A DNA stretch of 64,000 bases from Oscillospiraceae bacterium (GCA_015064445.1 SVSE01000001.1:344924-408923); one strand, 5' to 3'; counted from the first letter of the stretch, positions 1 to 10,258 are shown. Made by a program: numbers and translations. The notes: a model not told the origin generated them from the letters alone.

Positions 1-15
1 CATAAAATCTAAATC

Positions 16-40
16 AAAACGGCAGTTGCCTGCCGTTTTT
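16..40 (-). terminator. Rho-independent terminator downstream of the LCP gene
   Basis: CGGCAG-TTGC-CTGCCG stem-loop flanked by an A-run and a T-run, just past the stop at 45-47. Confidence 0.6.
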
Positions 41-44
41 AATA

Positions 45-1193
45 TTACTCTACTGGAGTGTAAAGAGCTGCTTGGAGCTGTGAAACTACCTCTGAATAAT
101 CAGTGTATGTAACGAATCTAACACCATGATACCATGTTTCCTGCTTAAGATCGCTACCGAGGTTGATTGTAACAACACCGTTTGAGCCATCCTTAGACTT
201 GATAGCAATTTGAAGAAGTGTTGAGAAATCATCTCCATTGGTTGAAGCAACAGCATTCTCTGTAAGCTCTGTTACGAGGTTATTAATACCAGAAACGCCC
301 TGGCTAAGAGCAATCTTTGTTACCTGTGCAAGAATGTTAAATACAGCGATTTCACGGTTATCACCAACGCCACGGATATAAGCGAGGGTTTGAACGCCAT
401 TGAGATTAACAGCTGCGCCCTTCTTTGTAATTTCAAGAACCTCTGCATTGAATCTTTCGTTGTAAGCCTGAATTGCGAGGTTAAGGTTAGCAACCTCTTC
501 ATCAGTCATAGCGATTTCGATGCCACCAACTGCGTCTACCATATCAGCAGCGCCACTCATCTTCAATTCAACAAATCCGTCGATGTCAACTCCGAAGTTT
601 TGAGCGATTGTTCTTGCGAGCAAGTTAGAGCCACCAAGCTTATAAGCATCCTTAAGAGGACCAACTACGTCTGCATAAGGGATCTGAACAAATGAGCTTG
701 CATCGATAAGAACATATGTAAGGTTTCCTGTATCCTTGTTTACAGATGCAATAATGATCATATCTGCATAAGGATTGTTAGGATCTTCGTTTTCGATACC
801 GAAAATAGCATAGTTAAGAACATTGTCTTGATCCTTAATGTTGTTTACTGTCGCACTATGATTGCTTGAAGCATCATAAGCAAACTTGTAATATCCAGAA
901 TACTCTGCTGCCTTTCCGTTATAGAATGGATTGCCCTCCTTGTAGGAATGAACAATTGAAGGAAGTGTATCCTTATAGCTTCCATTAGGTGCAACCTTAC
1001 CAAAAATGTTGTTGATAAGGAAGTTAATAGCTGTAAGAGCTAATGCAAGAAGTGCAAAAACAATAAGCACTGTAAGAATGATTCCCTTTATTGGTGAACG
1101 CTTTCTGTTCTGTGGAGCGTTTACAATGCTCGCACGGCTCGCCTCAGGAACATTTACAGAAGCATTTCTTCTTTCGATGATTTTTTTGCTCAC
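45..1193 (-). CDS. LytR/CpsA/Psr (LCP) family cell-envelope polymer transferase
   Basis: N-terminal TM anchor. LCP-like core (DMIIIASVNKDTGNLTYVLI, GGSNLLARTIAQNFGVDIDGFVELKMSG, VGGIEI). GTG start with AAGGAG RBS. Confidence 0.85.
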   Translation of the reverse strand: MSKKIIERRNASVNVPEASRASIVNAPQNRKRSPIKGIILTVLIVFALLALALTAINFLINNIFGKVAPNGSYKDTLPSIVHSYKEGNPFYNGKAAEYSGYYKFAYDASSNHSATVNNIKDQDNVLNYAIFGIENEDPNNPYADMIIIASVNKDTGNLTYVLIDASSFVQIPYADVVGPLKDAYKLGGSNLLARTIAQNFGVDIDGFVELKMSGAADMVDAVGGIEIAMTDEEVANLNLAIQAYNERFNAEVLEITKKGAAVNLNGVQTLAYIRGVGDNREIAVFNILAQVTKIALSQGVSGINNLVTELTENAVASTNGDDFSTLLQIAIKSKDGSNGVVTINLGSDLKQETWYHGVRFVTYTDYSEVVSQLQAALYTPVE

Positions 1194-1325
1194 TTTTAGA
1201 TTCTCCTTTACCGGTTGAGTAAAAATTTATATATTTATTATATATCAATTTCGGTGACTTGTCAACACCTTTTTAATAATATTTATGCGCTTTACAATAA
1301 AATAAAATGCTTTTGGCATACGCGA

Positions 1326-2318
1326 TTATATATTTTTGAACTCGCGAAGGAAGTAAATATTGGCTTTATTGACCTCAAACACTTTTTCGTTAAGGTATGA
1401 AAGACTATCGTCTGCATCATTAAAAATGAGCTTATAGGAGTAAAGCGCCTGGTGCTTATAGGAGTAATTTTTATCCCTTGAAATATTGCCATATTTTCCA
1501 TCGCCAAGAAGCGCGTGGCCTATTGATGCCATATGAGCTCTTATTTGATGAGTTCTTCCTGTTAAAAGCTCAACCTCGAGTAAGGAAATGTCCATTTTAG
1601 GATTATACTCAAGCACCTCGTATTTTGTTATGATTTCCTTGGCGCCATTTTTGTGCTCCTTCAAGACTCTTACCATATTGGTTTTTGCATCCTTTATGAG
1701 AAAATCCTTCAATATGTGGCTGTTTTTTTGTGGTTTTCCGTGAACTGCGCAAAGGTATTTTTTGGTAATACCTTTGTCTTTTATTCTCGCATTCATATCA
1801 CGAAGTGCCTGTGCATTTTTAGCGCCGATTACAATTCCACCGGTGTTTCTGTCAATTCTATTGCATAGCGCTGGCGCAAAGGAATTCTCTGCGTTTGGAT
1901 CATATTCGCCCTTTTGTGCAAGGTAAGCCTGCATATGATACACCAAGGTGTTTCTATCCTCGCACGCACCCTCGCCACTCGTCTTACCGTCTCCGTCGCC
2001 ACTATGAACCAACACTCCTGCCGGCTTGTCGCACAAAATAATGTTTTCGTCCTCATATAGAACATTTATTTTTGGCTTTATAGCAAAAAGCTCGTTGTCT
2101 GTGATTTTTTCAGAGAACAAATCCTCACTCAAAAACATTTGCACAGTATCGCCCTGTACAAGAATTTGCTTTTGCTCTGCTCTTTTTCGATTGACCTTTA
2201 TCTTTTTAAGGCGTATAGCCTTATACATTAGGGACACAGGAATTCCTGTTACGGTTTTTTGAATAAACTTATCAAGGCGCTGTCCTGCGTCATTTGCGTT
2301 TATTTTAAACTCTCTCAT
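1326..2318 (-). CDS. RluA-family 23S rRNA pseudouridine synthase (RluD-like, N-terminal S4 domain)
   Basis: S4-like N-terminus (RLDKFI...KAIRLKKIKVN), catalytic region NRIDRNTGG, C-terminal GRTHQIRAHMASIGHALLGDGKYG. Confidence 0.9.
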   Translation of the reverse strand: MREFKINANDAGQRLDKFIQKTVTGIPVSLMYKAIRLKKIKVNRKRAEQKQILVQGDTVQMFLSEDLFSEKITDNELFAIKPKINVLYEDENIILCDKPAGVLVHSGDGDGKTSGEGACEDRNTLVYHMQAYLAQKGEYDPNAENSFAPALCNRIDRNTGGIVIGAKNAQALRDMNARIKDKGITKKYLCAVHGKPQKNSHILKDFLIKDAKTNMVRVLKEHKNGAKEIITKYEVLEYNPKMDISLLEVELLTGRTHQIRAHMASIGHALLGDGKYGNISRDKNYSYKHQALYSYKLIFNDADDSLSYLNEKVFEVNKANIYFLREFKNI

Positions 2319-2413
2319 AAATTACAAAAAGCTCCATAATTTCTTTTTCACTTTTATTATATAAGTAAAACAGGATTTTTTCAAGTATTATTTAACTTTT
2401 TGTCGTTTTTCAA

Positions 2414-2442
2414 TTTACATACGAAAAAAAGTATGCTAAAAT
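2414..2442 (+). promoter_or_regulatory. sigma-A-type promoter for mtaB
   Basis: TTTACA (2414-2419), 17-nt spacer, TGcTAAAAT extended -10 (2437-2442), about 30 nt before the ATG. Confidence 0.4.
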
Positions 2443-2471
2443 AGATTTATCTTGTCACAAGGAGGTGCTTT

Positions 2472-3779
2472 ATGAACGAAGAAATCAAGGCGAGTATTCT
2501 TACTCTCGGATGTCGTGTAAATCAATATGAGAGCGATGCAATTATGCAAGAGCTTGCAAGATATGGCGTAAAAATATGCCAAAGCGATGAAATATGCGAC
2601 ATATATATCATAAACACCTGCACTGTAACAGCTGAAAGTGACAGGAAATCGAGGCAATTTATACGCAGATGCGCCTCAAAAAATCCCGATGCTGTAATCA
2701 TTGTAACCGGCTGTTATTCTCAAATCAATCCAAGCGAGGCATTGGCAATTGATGGTGTTGATTTTGTTTGTGGAAACAACGGAAAATCTATAATTGCAAA
2801 AAAGGCTCTTGACCTGCTCGACGGAAAGCGAGAAAAAGCACTCTTTATGCCCGATATTTATAACGCAAGCTTTGACAAAATGCAGGTAGGCGCTCCTCTT
2901 ACTAGGACAAGGGCATTTATCAAAATCCAAGACGGATGCGAGTCAAAATGCGCTTATTGCATTATCCCAAAGGCAAGAGGTAATATTCGCTCCGACAGTC
3001 GCGAAAACATTTTAAGCGAGGTTCGAGGTGCTGTGTCAGAGGGCTGTGTCGAGGTTGTTTTAACCGGAATCGAAACTGCGTCTTATGGAAGAGATTTCAA
3101 AAACGGCTATTCTCTGCTTGACCTGCTTTGCGAGGTTAATGAGATTGAGGGGCTCAAGCGAATCAGACTCGGATCGATTGATCCTGTTGAGGTGACAAAA
3201 AAATTTGTTGATACGGTATCATCTCTTGACAAGGTTATGCCTCACTTCCATCTTTCAATGCAAAGTGGATGCACCAAAACTCTAAATTCAATGCGTAGAA
3301 AATACAATATTGATATGGCAAGAGCAAACATTGAATATTTAAGAAGCAAAATTCCAAATGTTATGCTTAGTGCCGATGTCATCACAGGCTTCCCTGGCGA
3401 GAGCGACGAGGACTTTGAAAAGACAATTGAATTTTTCAAGGAAGAAAAGTTTATGCGTCTTCACATTTTCCCGTATTCAAGGCGAAAAGACACGGTTGCT
3501 TATGATATGCCAAATCAGGTTGAGGAATCCGTTAAAAAGGACAGACTTAAAAAGCTTTCGCTTCTTGCAAAGGACGTAAGACGCGAGTTGCTTTCCGAGT
3601 ATATAAAAGCCAATGAAAATGTTGATGTTCTCTTTGAAGCCTTTGATGGTGAATATGTCACAGGACACTCTCCAAGCTTTATTGAAATCAAAGCAAAGTA
3701 TAGCGAAAATCTAAGTGGAAAAATAGTTAATGTAAAGCTTATAAGCTCTGATGACGAAAGGATTTACGGAGAAATTTGA
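2472..3779 (+). CDS. mtaB: tRNA t6A37 methylthiotransferase MtaB (radical SAM)
   Basis: UPF0004 N-domain TLGCRVNQYES, radical-SAM CESKCAYCIIP cluster motif, length 435 aa, GGAGG RBS. Confidence 0.85.
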   Translation: MNEEIKASILTLGCRVNQYESDAIMQELARYGVKICQSDEICDIYIINTCTVTAESDRKSRQFIRRCASKNPDAVIIVTGCYSQINPSEALAIDGVDFVCGNNGKSIIAKKALDLLDGKREKALFMPDIYNASFDKMQVGAPLTRTRAFIKIQDGCESKCAYCIIPKARGNIRSDSRENILSEVRGAVSEGCVEVVLTGIETASYGRDFKNGYSLLDLLCEVNEIEGLKRIRLGSIDPVEVTKKFVDTVSSLDKVMPHFHLSMQSGCTKTLNSMRRKYNIDMARANIEYLRSKIPNVMLSADVITGFPGESDEDFEKTIEFFKEEKFMRLHIFPYSRRKDTVAYDMPNQVEESVKKDRLKKLSLLAKDVRRELLSEYIKANENVDVLFEAFDGEYVTGHSPSFIEIKAKYSENLSGKIVNVKLISSDDERIYGEI

Positions 3780-3806
3780 ATTTTAGAATTTAAAAATTCA
3801 TAAAAT

Positions 3807-3836
3807 AAAAAGGCTCTCGCTATGCGAGAGCCTTTT
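3807..3836. terminator. bidirectional terminator between convergent mtaB and tetR-like gene
   Basis: GGCTCTCGC-TAT-GCGAGAGCC hairpin with A-run and T-run. It overlaps the tetR-like stop codon. Confidence 0.6.
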
Positions 3837-4350
3837 CCTTTTTATAAAGCTTATTCGATGCCGAGAGAGATTCGCTTATTTGCCTTGTCAGCTCATCAGG
3901 AGATGCGGCATTATAGCTTGTCATCCAGCGCTTGATTGTGCAAACAAACCCATCGGCAAAAAATCCTATTTGAAAGCTTGTAAGCTCCGCCATTTCGAGT
4001 TCTTTTTTAAGAGCATTTTCCATCAAACAACAGCAGAAGCTATATAGGTGCTCTGAAAAGGAATTTTGCCCCTCCTCCTTTAACACCTTTTTATAATAGC
4101 CCTTATTTTCATAAAAATACCTTATGAGCGCATCAATCATTCTTTCCTCGCCCTTAGAAGCTATTTCAAATTCGGTATCAAAAATCCAGTTTACAAGATC
4201 CTCTTTATCCTTAAAATGATAGTAAAAGCTTTTTCGGCTCATCGAGCAAAGGTCGCAAATCTCCCCTATGCTAATTTTGCAAAGAGGTTGCTCCTTTAAT
4301 AGAGCCTTTAGGGACATAGCAAGTGTTCTTTTTGTATTGGTTGAATCCAT
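3820..4350 (-). CDS. TetR/AcrR family transcriptional regulator
   Basis: N-terminal HTH (ISIGEICDLCSMSRKSFYYHFKDKEDLV). Start moved to ATG 4350, which has a GGAGGAG RBS. The upstream 23 codons of the tracked ORF lie in the leader. Confidence 0.8.
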   Translation of the reverse strand: MDSTNTKRTLAMSLKALLKEQPLCKISIGEICDLCSMSRKSFYYHFKDKEDLVNWIFDTEFEIASKGEERMIDALIRYFYENKGYYKKVLKEEGQNSFSEHLYSFCCCLMENALKKELEMAELTSFQIGFFADGFVCTIKRWMTSYNAASPDELTRQISESLSASNKLYKKEKALA

Positions 4351-4499
4351 TTTCTCCTCCTTGGCAGAGGGAAACAAAAAAGCGAGCCCCATCTGCCTAA
4401 AACAGATAAGTCTCGTCATTTAATATGAGGCCAGACCGAAGTCGATTGTTGACCACATAGCATCGCCTATCGATGCAAACTACTCCCTTATATATTTTT

Positions 4500-4528
4500 A
4501 TTTTAGCATATTTCTATTACAAAGTCAA
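4500..4528 (-). promoter_or_regulatory. sigma-A-type promoter of the tetR-like gene (gives a ~140-nt leader)
   Basis: Minus strand TTGACT (4523-4528), 17-nt spacer, TAAAAT (4500-4505). Confidence 0.45.
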
Positions 4529-4551
4529 TATTTTTGCATTGATTTTTTAAA

Positions 4552-4582
4552 AATAAAATCCACTCGAAAGAGTGGATTTTTG
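4552..4582 (-). terminator. terminator of the nfeD-SPFH operon
   Basis: ATCCACTC-GAAA-GAGTGGAT hairpin plus T-run immediately after the stop at 4585-4587. Confidence 0.65.
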
Positions 4583-4584
4583 TT

Positions 4585-5547
4585 TTATTTCTTTGCACTC
4601 TCAGCAACTGCGTTAACAAGTCCTACAACGCCCTGAAGGTCGCTTGGAACGATTATCTTTGTTGCCTGACCATCTGAAGCCTTTTCAAACGCCTCAAGCT
4701 TTTTAAGAGTGAGGTACGCTTCCTCTGGCTTCGCCTCGTTTATTAAGCGAATTGACTCTGCCTGTGCTTGATTGATTTTAAGAATAGCCTCAGCCTCTGC
4801 CTCTGCCTTCTTAATTCTTGCTTCCTTTTCAGCCTCTGCAAAAAGAATTGCCGCCTGCTTTTCTGCCTCAGCCTCAAGCACCTTTGATTCCTTTTTACCT
4901 TGTGCTACAAGAATATTACTTGCCTTTTCTCCCTCTGCACGAAGAATAGCCTCTCTTCTTTCACGCTCAGCCTTCATTTGCTTTTCCATTGCGTCTTGAA
5001 TTTCGTGAGGCGGCTTAATGTTCTTGAGCTCTACTCTATTAATTTTAATTCCCCAAGGGTCTGTTGCTTCGTCAAGAATTGAGCGAATTTTTGCATTGAT
5101 TGTATCTCTTGATGTAAGAGTATGGTCAAGCTCCATTTCGCCTATGATATTACGAAGAGTTGTTGCAGTAAGATTTTCGATTGCTCTAATAGGATTTTCA
5201 ACACCATAAGCATAAAGCTTTGAATCTGTGATCTGGAAGAACACAACTGTGTCGATTTGCATTGTTACATTATCCTTTGTAATTACAGGCTGTGGGTCGA
5301 AGTCAGCAACCTGCTCCTTCATTGAAACCTTCTTTGAAATCTTATCAACAAGAGGCCAAAGGAAGTGAATTCCTGTATCCCATGTCTTGTTGTATGCGCC
5401 AAGACGCTCAACTACATAGGTTTGTGCTTGTGGCACGATTTTAATTCCTGCAATAACCGCTATTATTATAATAAGAGCAATTACAACAAGAGCGATTACA
5501 ATTCCTGTTCCAGCGCCTGCAAGCGCCATAAGTGCGAGTGATGTCAT
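4585..5547 (-). CDS. SPFH/Band 7 (stomatin/prohibitin-like) membrane protein
   Basis: N-terminal TM, SPFH core (YVVERLGAYNKTWDTGIHFLWP, TKDNVTMQIDTVVFFQI), long Ala/Glu-rich coiled-coil tail. Confidence 0.9.
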   Translation of the reverse strand: MTSLALMALAGAGTGIVIALVVIALIIIIAVIAGIKIVPQAQTYVVERLGAYNKTWDTGIHFLWPLVDKISKKVSMKEQVADFDPQPVITKDNVTMQIDTVVFFQITDSKLYAYGVENPIRAIENLTATTLRNIIGEMELDHTLTSRDTINAKIRSILDEATDPWGIKINRVELKNIKPPHEIQDAMEKQMKAERERREAILRAEGEKASNILVAQGKKESKVLEAEAEKQAAILFAEAEKEARIKKAEAEAEAILKINQAQAESIRLINEAKPEEAYLTLKKLEAFEKASDGQATKIIVPSDLQGVVGLVNAVAESAKK

Positions 5548-5990
5548 TTGTTTTCCTCCTTATTTATAGAAACTATTGCCTTATTTCCTGAAACCTGCTT
5601 GAAGATTACCACCTCTCCCTGCTCGATTACCGAGCCATCGTCTGAGCGCGCAGTCCAAACAAGACCATTTATTTTAACAGCACCAGTTTCCTTTATGTTA
5701 TCAATTGTTTCTGTTACAATTGCGGTTTTGCCTATGTTAAGCTCCAAGTTTGTCTTTGCATCCTTTGGCTTGCCTGTAATCCTTTTGACAAATGGCTTTG
5801 TTGCAAAAAGTGTGCCAATTGCAAGCACGACAAATATAACAATCTGCCATATCAAGCCCATTTCATCAAAAATTGCAACCACAACACCTGTTATAAGTGC
5901 TGATATTGAAAACCAAATTGATACAAATTGAGTTGTAGCAAGCTCAACAACAAGCAATAAAATCGCAAGTGCGAACCAAATCCACATCAT
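5544..5990 (-). CDS. NfeD family membrane protein
   Basis: Three N-terminal TM helices plus a C-terminal OB-like domain (GAVKINGLVWTARSDDG). 4-nt overlap with the SPFH gene, which is the classical NfeD-stomatin pairing. Confidence 0.85.
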   Translation of the reverse strand: MMWIWFALAILLLVVELATTQFVSIWFSISALITGVVVAIFDEMGLIWQIVIFVVLAIGTLFATKPFVKRITGKPKDAKTNLELNIGKTAIVTETIDNIKETGAVKINGLVWTARSDDGSVIEQGEVVIFKQVSGNKAIVSINKEENK

Positions 5991-6068
5991 ATAATTACCT
6001 CCTTATACTTATATCATATCACAAATAAAAACATGTGTAAATTGTTTTAAATAAATTTTTTTGCACAA

Positions 6069-7085
6069 TTATTGGATTTTGTCCAAATAAATACGAACAT
6101 TTTCGCAAAGAACGCGATCAAGCTTGTATTTTTCAAGGTCATATTCTCTTTTGCCAAGCGCTGTTTTCCTTACAAGGCTTATAAATTGCTCCTCATCATT
6201 TAAGGTATAGAGGCAATCCTTTGGCAAAAGATCCTTTTGTCCCTTTATGTTACTTGCTACGATAGGCATTTTTGCGCTCATCGCCTCCATTATATTAAAC
6301 GGCAAGCCCTCGATTGTAGAGGCTGAAACATATATATCTGCGTTTTCTAAATGTGATTTTACATTCTTTGTAAAGCCTGTTATTACAAGCCTGTCAGAAA
6401 TTCCATTTTTAGAGGCAAACGCTTCAAGATTTTTTCTTTCATCGCCATCACCAACCAAGGTAAGAATGGCATTGTCAAGCTTCAAGAGCGATTTCACGAG
6501 GAAAATTTGATTTTTTCTCTTGCTTATCTCGCCTACATATACAAGCCTTAATTTGCCGTCAAATTCGTGTCTTTCCGAATCCTCAGTGCGTGACAGGTCA
6601 ACTCCCATTCCGTTTATTAAAAACGGCTCATTTAAAGCAAGCTTATTATCTCTTGCAATTTTGAGGTCATCCTCGTTCATAACAGCGATATAATCGGTCT
6701 TTTTACGGACGATGCGCTCCGCCATAAGATAAAGCTTCCTTTTAATAAAGGACGAATGCTCGGAGAAAAGATAACCATGAACTGTATTTATAACAACAGG
6801 ACGATTTTTTAATCCCTTCAAGGCAAATCTTGTCCAAAAGGCGGCGAGAGTTGTATGCAAGAAAATTGCATCAAAGCCTTCTCTTTTTATAATCTTCTTT
6901 ATCAAAAAAGAAAGGCGCAGGTTCTTAAAGGAAAATGCCCTTTTCTTAAAGGGAATGTCAAAATCCGCCCCTTCACCTGACGCCATAACAGACACCTCAT
7001 GCCCTGCATCTCGAAAAGCTGAGATATAAGGGGGGTGAAAGTTCTTTATATGCACCATATTAGATGCTACTATCAATATTTTCAT
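6069..7085 (-). CDS. glycosyltransferase family 4 (GT-B fold)
   Basis: C-terminal GT1/GT4 signature (VSASTIEGLPFNIMEAMSAKMPIVASNIKG). Overlaps the upstream sugar transferase gene. Confidence 0.8.
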   Translation of the reverse strand: MKILIVASNMVHIKNFHPPYISAFRDAGHEVSVMASGEGADFDIPFKKRAFSFKNLRLSFLIKKIIKREGFDAIFLHTTLAAFWTRFALKGLKNRPVVINTVHGYLFSEHSSFIKRKLYLMAERIVRKKTDYIAVMNEDDLKIARDNKLALNEPFLINGMGVDLSRTEDSERHEFDGKLRLVYVGEISKRKNQIFLVKSLLKLDNAILTLVGDGDERKNLEAFASKNGISDRLVITGFTKNVKSHLENADIYVSASTIEGLPFNIMEAMSAKMPIVASNIKGQKDLLPKDCLYTLNDEEQFISLVRKTALGKREYDLEKYKLDRVLCENVRIYLDKIQ

Positions 7086-8479
7086 TTCTTTTTACGAAAT
7101 TTCTCATTTCTGTTAATTATTTTGAATGGAGTTGCAAAAATGATTTTTATATCATTGAAGAGTGTCCAGTTTTCGATATATTTGATATCAAGCTCTATTC
7201 TTCTCTCAATAGATGTATCTCCACGGAAGCCATAAATTTGAGCAAGTCCTGTAATGCCTGGCTTTACCTGATGCTTTACCATATAAAGAGGAATTGTTTT
7301 GCTATATTCCTCAACAAACTTAGGAAGCTCTGGTCTTGGACCTACAAGTGACATTGAGCCAAACAAAACATTGAAAAATTGAGGCAATTCATCAATACCT
7401 GTTCTTCTCAAAAATGTGCCAAATCTTGTCTTTCTGCTTTCGTCATACTCGTGTGCATCCCCAAACTTGTCGATAGGCTCATGTCCCTCGACCTTCATAG
7501 AACGGAACTTATAAATTGTAAATTCCTTATTATTTTTACCCACTCTTACCTGCTTGAATATAACAGGTCCCTTTGAGGAAAGGCGCACTCCAATTGCTGC
7601 AAAAAGCATAAGAGGCGAGGTGAGGATTATCAATATAATTGATCCGATAATATCAATCGCTCTTTTGAGAGCAGCATTTGCAATATTATCAAGAGGAATG
7701 GCTCTTGTATTGATAAGTGGAAGGTTTCCCACCATATCAACCTGACATTTTGATTTGAAGTATTTATAAACTACAGGAATAATTGATGCGCGAATACCAT
7801 TTTGGTCACAAATTGTGACTATTTTTTGTGTTTTAGTTTCTTCCTTTGGTTCAAGTGCGAGCACAACCTCTTGTGGACGATGCTCCTTGATAACGCGATC
7901 AAGATCTGCATAATCTCCGAGCTTTTTGAAGCGAGGCTTCTCTGCGTCAGAAACACAACCGATTATACGATATCCAAAATGAAGGTTGTCGTTTATTTGT
8001 CTTGCATATTCTACTGCACCATATCCATTACCAACAATAAGAACATACTTTGGATTTTTGTTCTTGATACGAATATAGTGAAGAATTTTTGTTGCAATAA
8101 TTTTCTTGACAGTGAGCACGGCCAAGGAGATTAAGCATATTGTTATTGTAAGAACAAAGTTACGGGAATCATTTTCATTATTTATGATAAGCGTTACGGC
8201 AACAACAGCAACGCCCATAATAACTGCCTGCGCAATTACAAGCTTGACGATTTGCGACATAAGCTTTTCCCAACGCTTTGCCGAATACAAATCGAATATA
8301 AAATATGTGCCGGTTGCAAAAATCACCAGGAGTGCACCTATCATTACAGATTGGGCATTTATGTTATAGCCAAGCCATCTATCAGCCACAAAAAATGATG
8401 CTGACATGACGCATGCGTTCAAAAAGAAATCAAGAAAAGCACCAAGGTATTTAATTGATGTCTTATTGTTCTGTACCAT
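7082..8479 (-). CDS. undecaprenyl-phosphate sugar phosphotransferase (WbaP/EpsL-type priming enzyme)
   Basis: 4-5 N-terminal TMs, central CoA-binding-like domain, C-terminal bacterial sugar transferase domain (KFRSM, LPQFFNVLFGSMSLVGPRP, KPGITGLAQI). Confidence 0.85.
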   Translation of the reverse strand: MVQNNKTSIKYLGAFLDFFLNACVMSASFFVADRWLGYNINAQSVMIGALLVIFATGTYFIFDLYSAKRWEKLMSQIVKLVIAQAVIMGVAVVAVTLIINNENDSRNFVLTITICLISLAVLTVKKIIATKILHYIRIKNKNPKYVLIVGNGYGAVEYARQINDNLHFGYRIIGCVSDAEKPRFKKLGDYADLDRVIKEHRPQEVVLALEPKEETKTQKIVTICDQNGIRASIIPVVYKYFKSKCQVDMVGNLPLINTRAIPLDNIANAALKRAIDIIGSIILIILTSPLMLFAAIGVRLSSKGPVIFKQVRVGKNNKEFTIYKFRSMKVEGHEPIDKFGDAHEYDESRKTRFGTFLRRTGIDELPQFFNVLFGSMSLVGPRPELPKFVEEYSKTIPLYMVKHQVKPGITGLAQIYGFRGDTSIERRIELDIKYIENWTLFNDIKIIFATPFKIINRNEKFRKKK

Positions 8480-8505
8480 AATTCCCTCTCTAAAAATTTA
8501 AGCGT

Positions 8506-9300
8506 TTATTGCTTGTTTTTTGAATACTCCTGATATTTATCGCAGATTTCCTTAGAGTCTCCTGCCTCAACGATTTTACCGTTTTCAATCCAAATAGCGC
8601 GTTGACAAAGCTTCTTTACCTGAGACATATTATGCGATACGATGATAAAGGTTACTCCTCGCTTTTGAAGCTCCTCTATTTTCTGCGAGCATTTTTGCCT
8701 AAAATTCTCATCTCCAACTGACAAAATCTCGTCAACCAAAAGAATATCAGGCTCGACATCTATTGCGATTGCAAAGCCCAAGCGTGCGACCATTCCCGAT
8801 GAAAAGTTTTTAAGGGGAACATCTACATAATTTTCAAGCTCAGCAAACTCAACTATGCTTGCAAACTTACTTTTTATTTCCTTTTGGGTATAGCCTATAA
8901 TAGCGCCATTCAAGAAAATATTCTCTCTTGCTGTCGCCTCATAGTCAAAGCCTGCGCCAAGGTTCAAAAGAGGGGCAACGCTACCATGCACCTTAACAGT
9001 ACCTGCAGTAGGCTTGATAATACCGGTTATTAACTTAAGTATTGTACTCTTACCTGCACCATTATGACCGATAATTCCAATGCTTTCGCCTTTTCTTACG
9101 GAGAATGTTATTTCCTCCAAAATTCTCTTCTTCATCTTTTTGATTTTTCCCTTAACAAGACGAATAAAGAATTCCTTCATATTATCAATTTTCTCGGTCT
9201 GCATATAGTATTCCATTGCGACCTTATTAAGCTCGATAATCGGCTCTTCGCTTGGTATGTTATCTTCAATGGGCAAGGAAGCTTCTTTAATTTCTTCCAT
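8506..9300 (-). CDS. polysaccharide/teichoic-acid export ABC transporter ATP-binding protein (Wzt/TagH-like)
   Basis: Walker A GHNGAGKST, signature FSSGM, Walker B ILLVDE. Adjacent to an ABC-2 permease. Confidence 0.85.
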   Translation of the reverse strand: MEEIKEASLPIEDNIPSEEPIIELNKVAMEYYMQTEKIDNMKEFFIRLVKGKIKKMKKRILEEITFSVRKGESIGIIGHNGAGKSTILKLITGIIKPTAGTVKVHGSVAPLLNLGAGFDYEATARENIFLNGAIIGYTQKEIKSKFASIVEFAELENYVDVPLKNFSSGMVARLGFAIAIDVEPDILLVDEILSVGDENFRQKCSQKIEELQKRGVTFIIVSHNMSQVKKLCQRAIWIENGKIVEAGDSKEICDKYQEYSKNKQ

Positions 9301-9311
9301 AAATACCTCTT

Positions 9312-10190
9312 TTAGATGCTAAATATGAAATTTTTCTTTGTCAATTCGAATATTGCTGTGCCGAGCAATGCAAATGCAATTCCCCAAAGGTAAAGTGTTC
9401 CAAGACCACTATAAACCGATGCCTCTGCTACTGTGCCGAGCTTTATTCGGTAAACTATGTCTCTAAAATACTCTACAAAGTGCGCCATAGGATTGAGCTT
9501 CATAACAACTCGAATTACGAGAACCTTCCAGCTCTCTCCAAGATTTTGAAGCTTATAGAAAATAGGTGTTAGGTACATCCAAAGTGTAAGGAATACATTG
9601 TAGAAGTGCATTACATCTCTAAAGAAGACATAAAGCGCTGACAAAATAAGGGACATACCATAATTAAACAAGAATAATGCAGGAAGCATTAGTATTGTCA
9701 TAAAAATTGCAGGGCCAAACACCGGCGTTTTGATGCTTACGAAAAGCATAACTGCAAGAAGCGCGATGAATGAAAACAAGAAGTTAACAATTGCGCTGAG
9801 ATTGCAGGACAACGGGAAAACATTGTAGGAAATTTTATTTTTCGTAAGTAGTCCGCGATTGTAAACAAGTATAGGAAGTGACTGTGTTGTGGCAGCACGC
9901 ATTGTGTTGAAGATTATGTTACCACACAAGAGGTACAAAAGATATGTGCTGTCGTCGTTATACTTGAATATGGTACCGAAAACAAGGTACATAACGAACA
10001 TATTCAAAAGTGGGTTAAGTATAGTCCACAAAACTCCGATTGCAGAGTTACGGTACTGTAGCTTTATACCACGCTTTACAAGCTGAACAACAATGTTTTT
10101 ATTTTTTATCAATTCTCTTTTTTGCTTTATATAGACCTCTTTTGCCTTAGCCTTAAAAGCAGAAAATTTTGGTGATTTAAATATATTCAT
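9312..10190 (-). CDS. ABC-2 type export permease (Wzm/TagG-like)
   Basis: Six predicted TMs. Position upstream of the Wzt-like ATPase in a glycan locus. Confidence 0.8.
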   Translation of the reverse strand: MNIFKSPKFSAFKAKAKEVYIKQKRELIKNKNIVVQLVKRGIKLQYRNSAIGVLWTILNPLLNMFVMYLVFGTIFKYNDDSTYLLYLLCGNIIFNTMRAATTQSLPILVYNRGLLTKNKISYNVFPLSCNLSAIVNFLFSFIALLAVMLFVSIKTPVFGPAIFMTILMLPALFLFNYGMSLILSALYVFFRDVMHFYNVFLTLWMYLTPIFYKLQNLGESWKVLVIRVVMKLNPMAHFVEYFRDIVYRIKLGTVAEASVYSGLGTLYLWGIAFALLGTAIFELTKKNFIFSI

Positions 10191-10258
10191 TGAACTTTCC
10201 TTGCTTCATTTTTTACCGAAATTGCCTATGTTATTTTAATATTATATCAAACTTTATA

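Noticed and set aside
3787-3800. The 14-mer GAATTTAAAAATTC is present both here and at 18282-18295, each time between convergent genes
   Set aside because: It is an AT-rich 14-mer. Several such coincidences are expected by chance in 64 kb of AT-rich DNA, and the flanks do not align.
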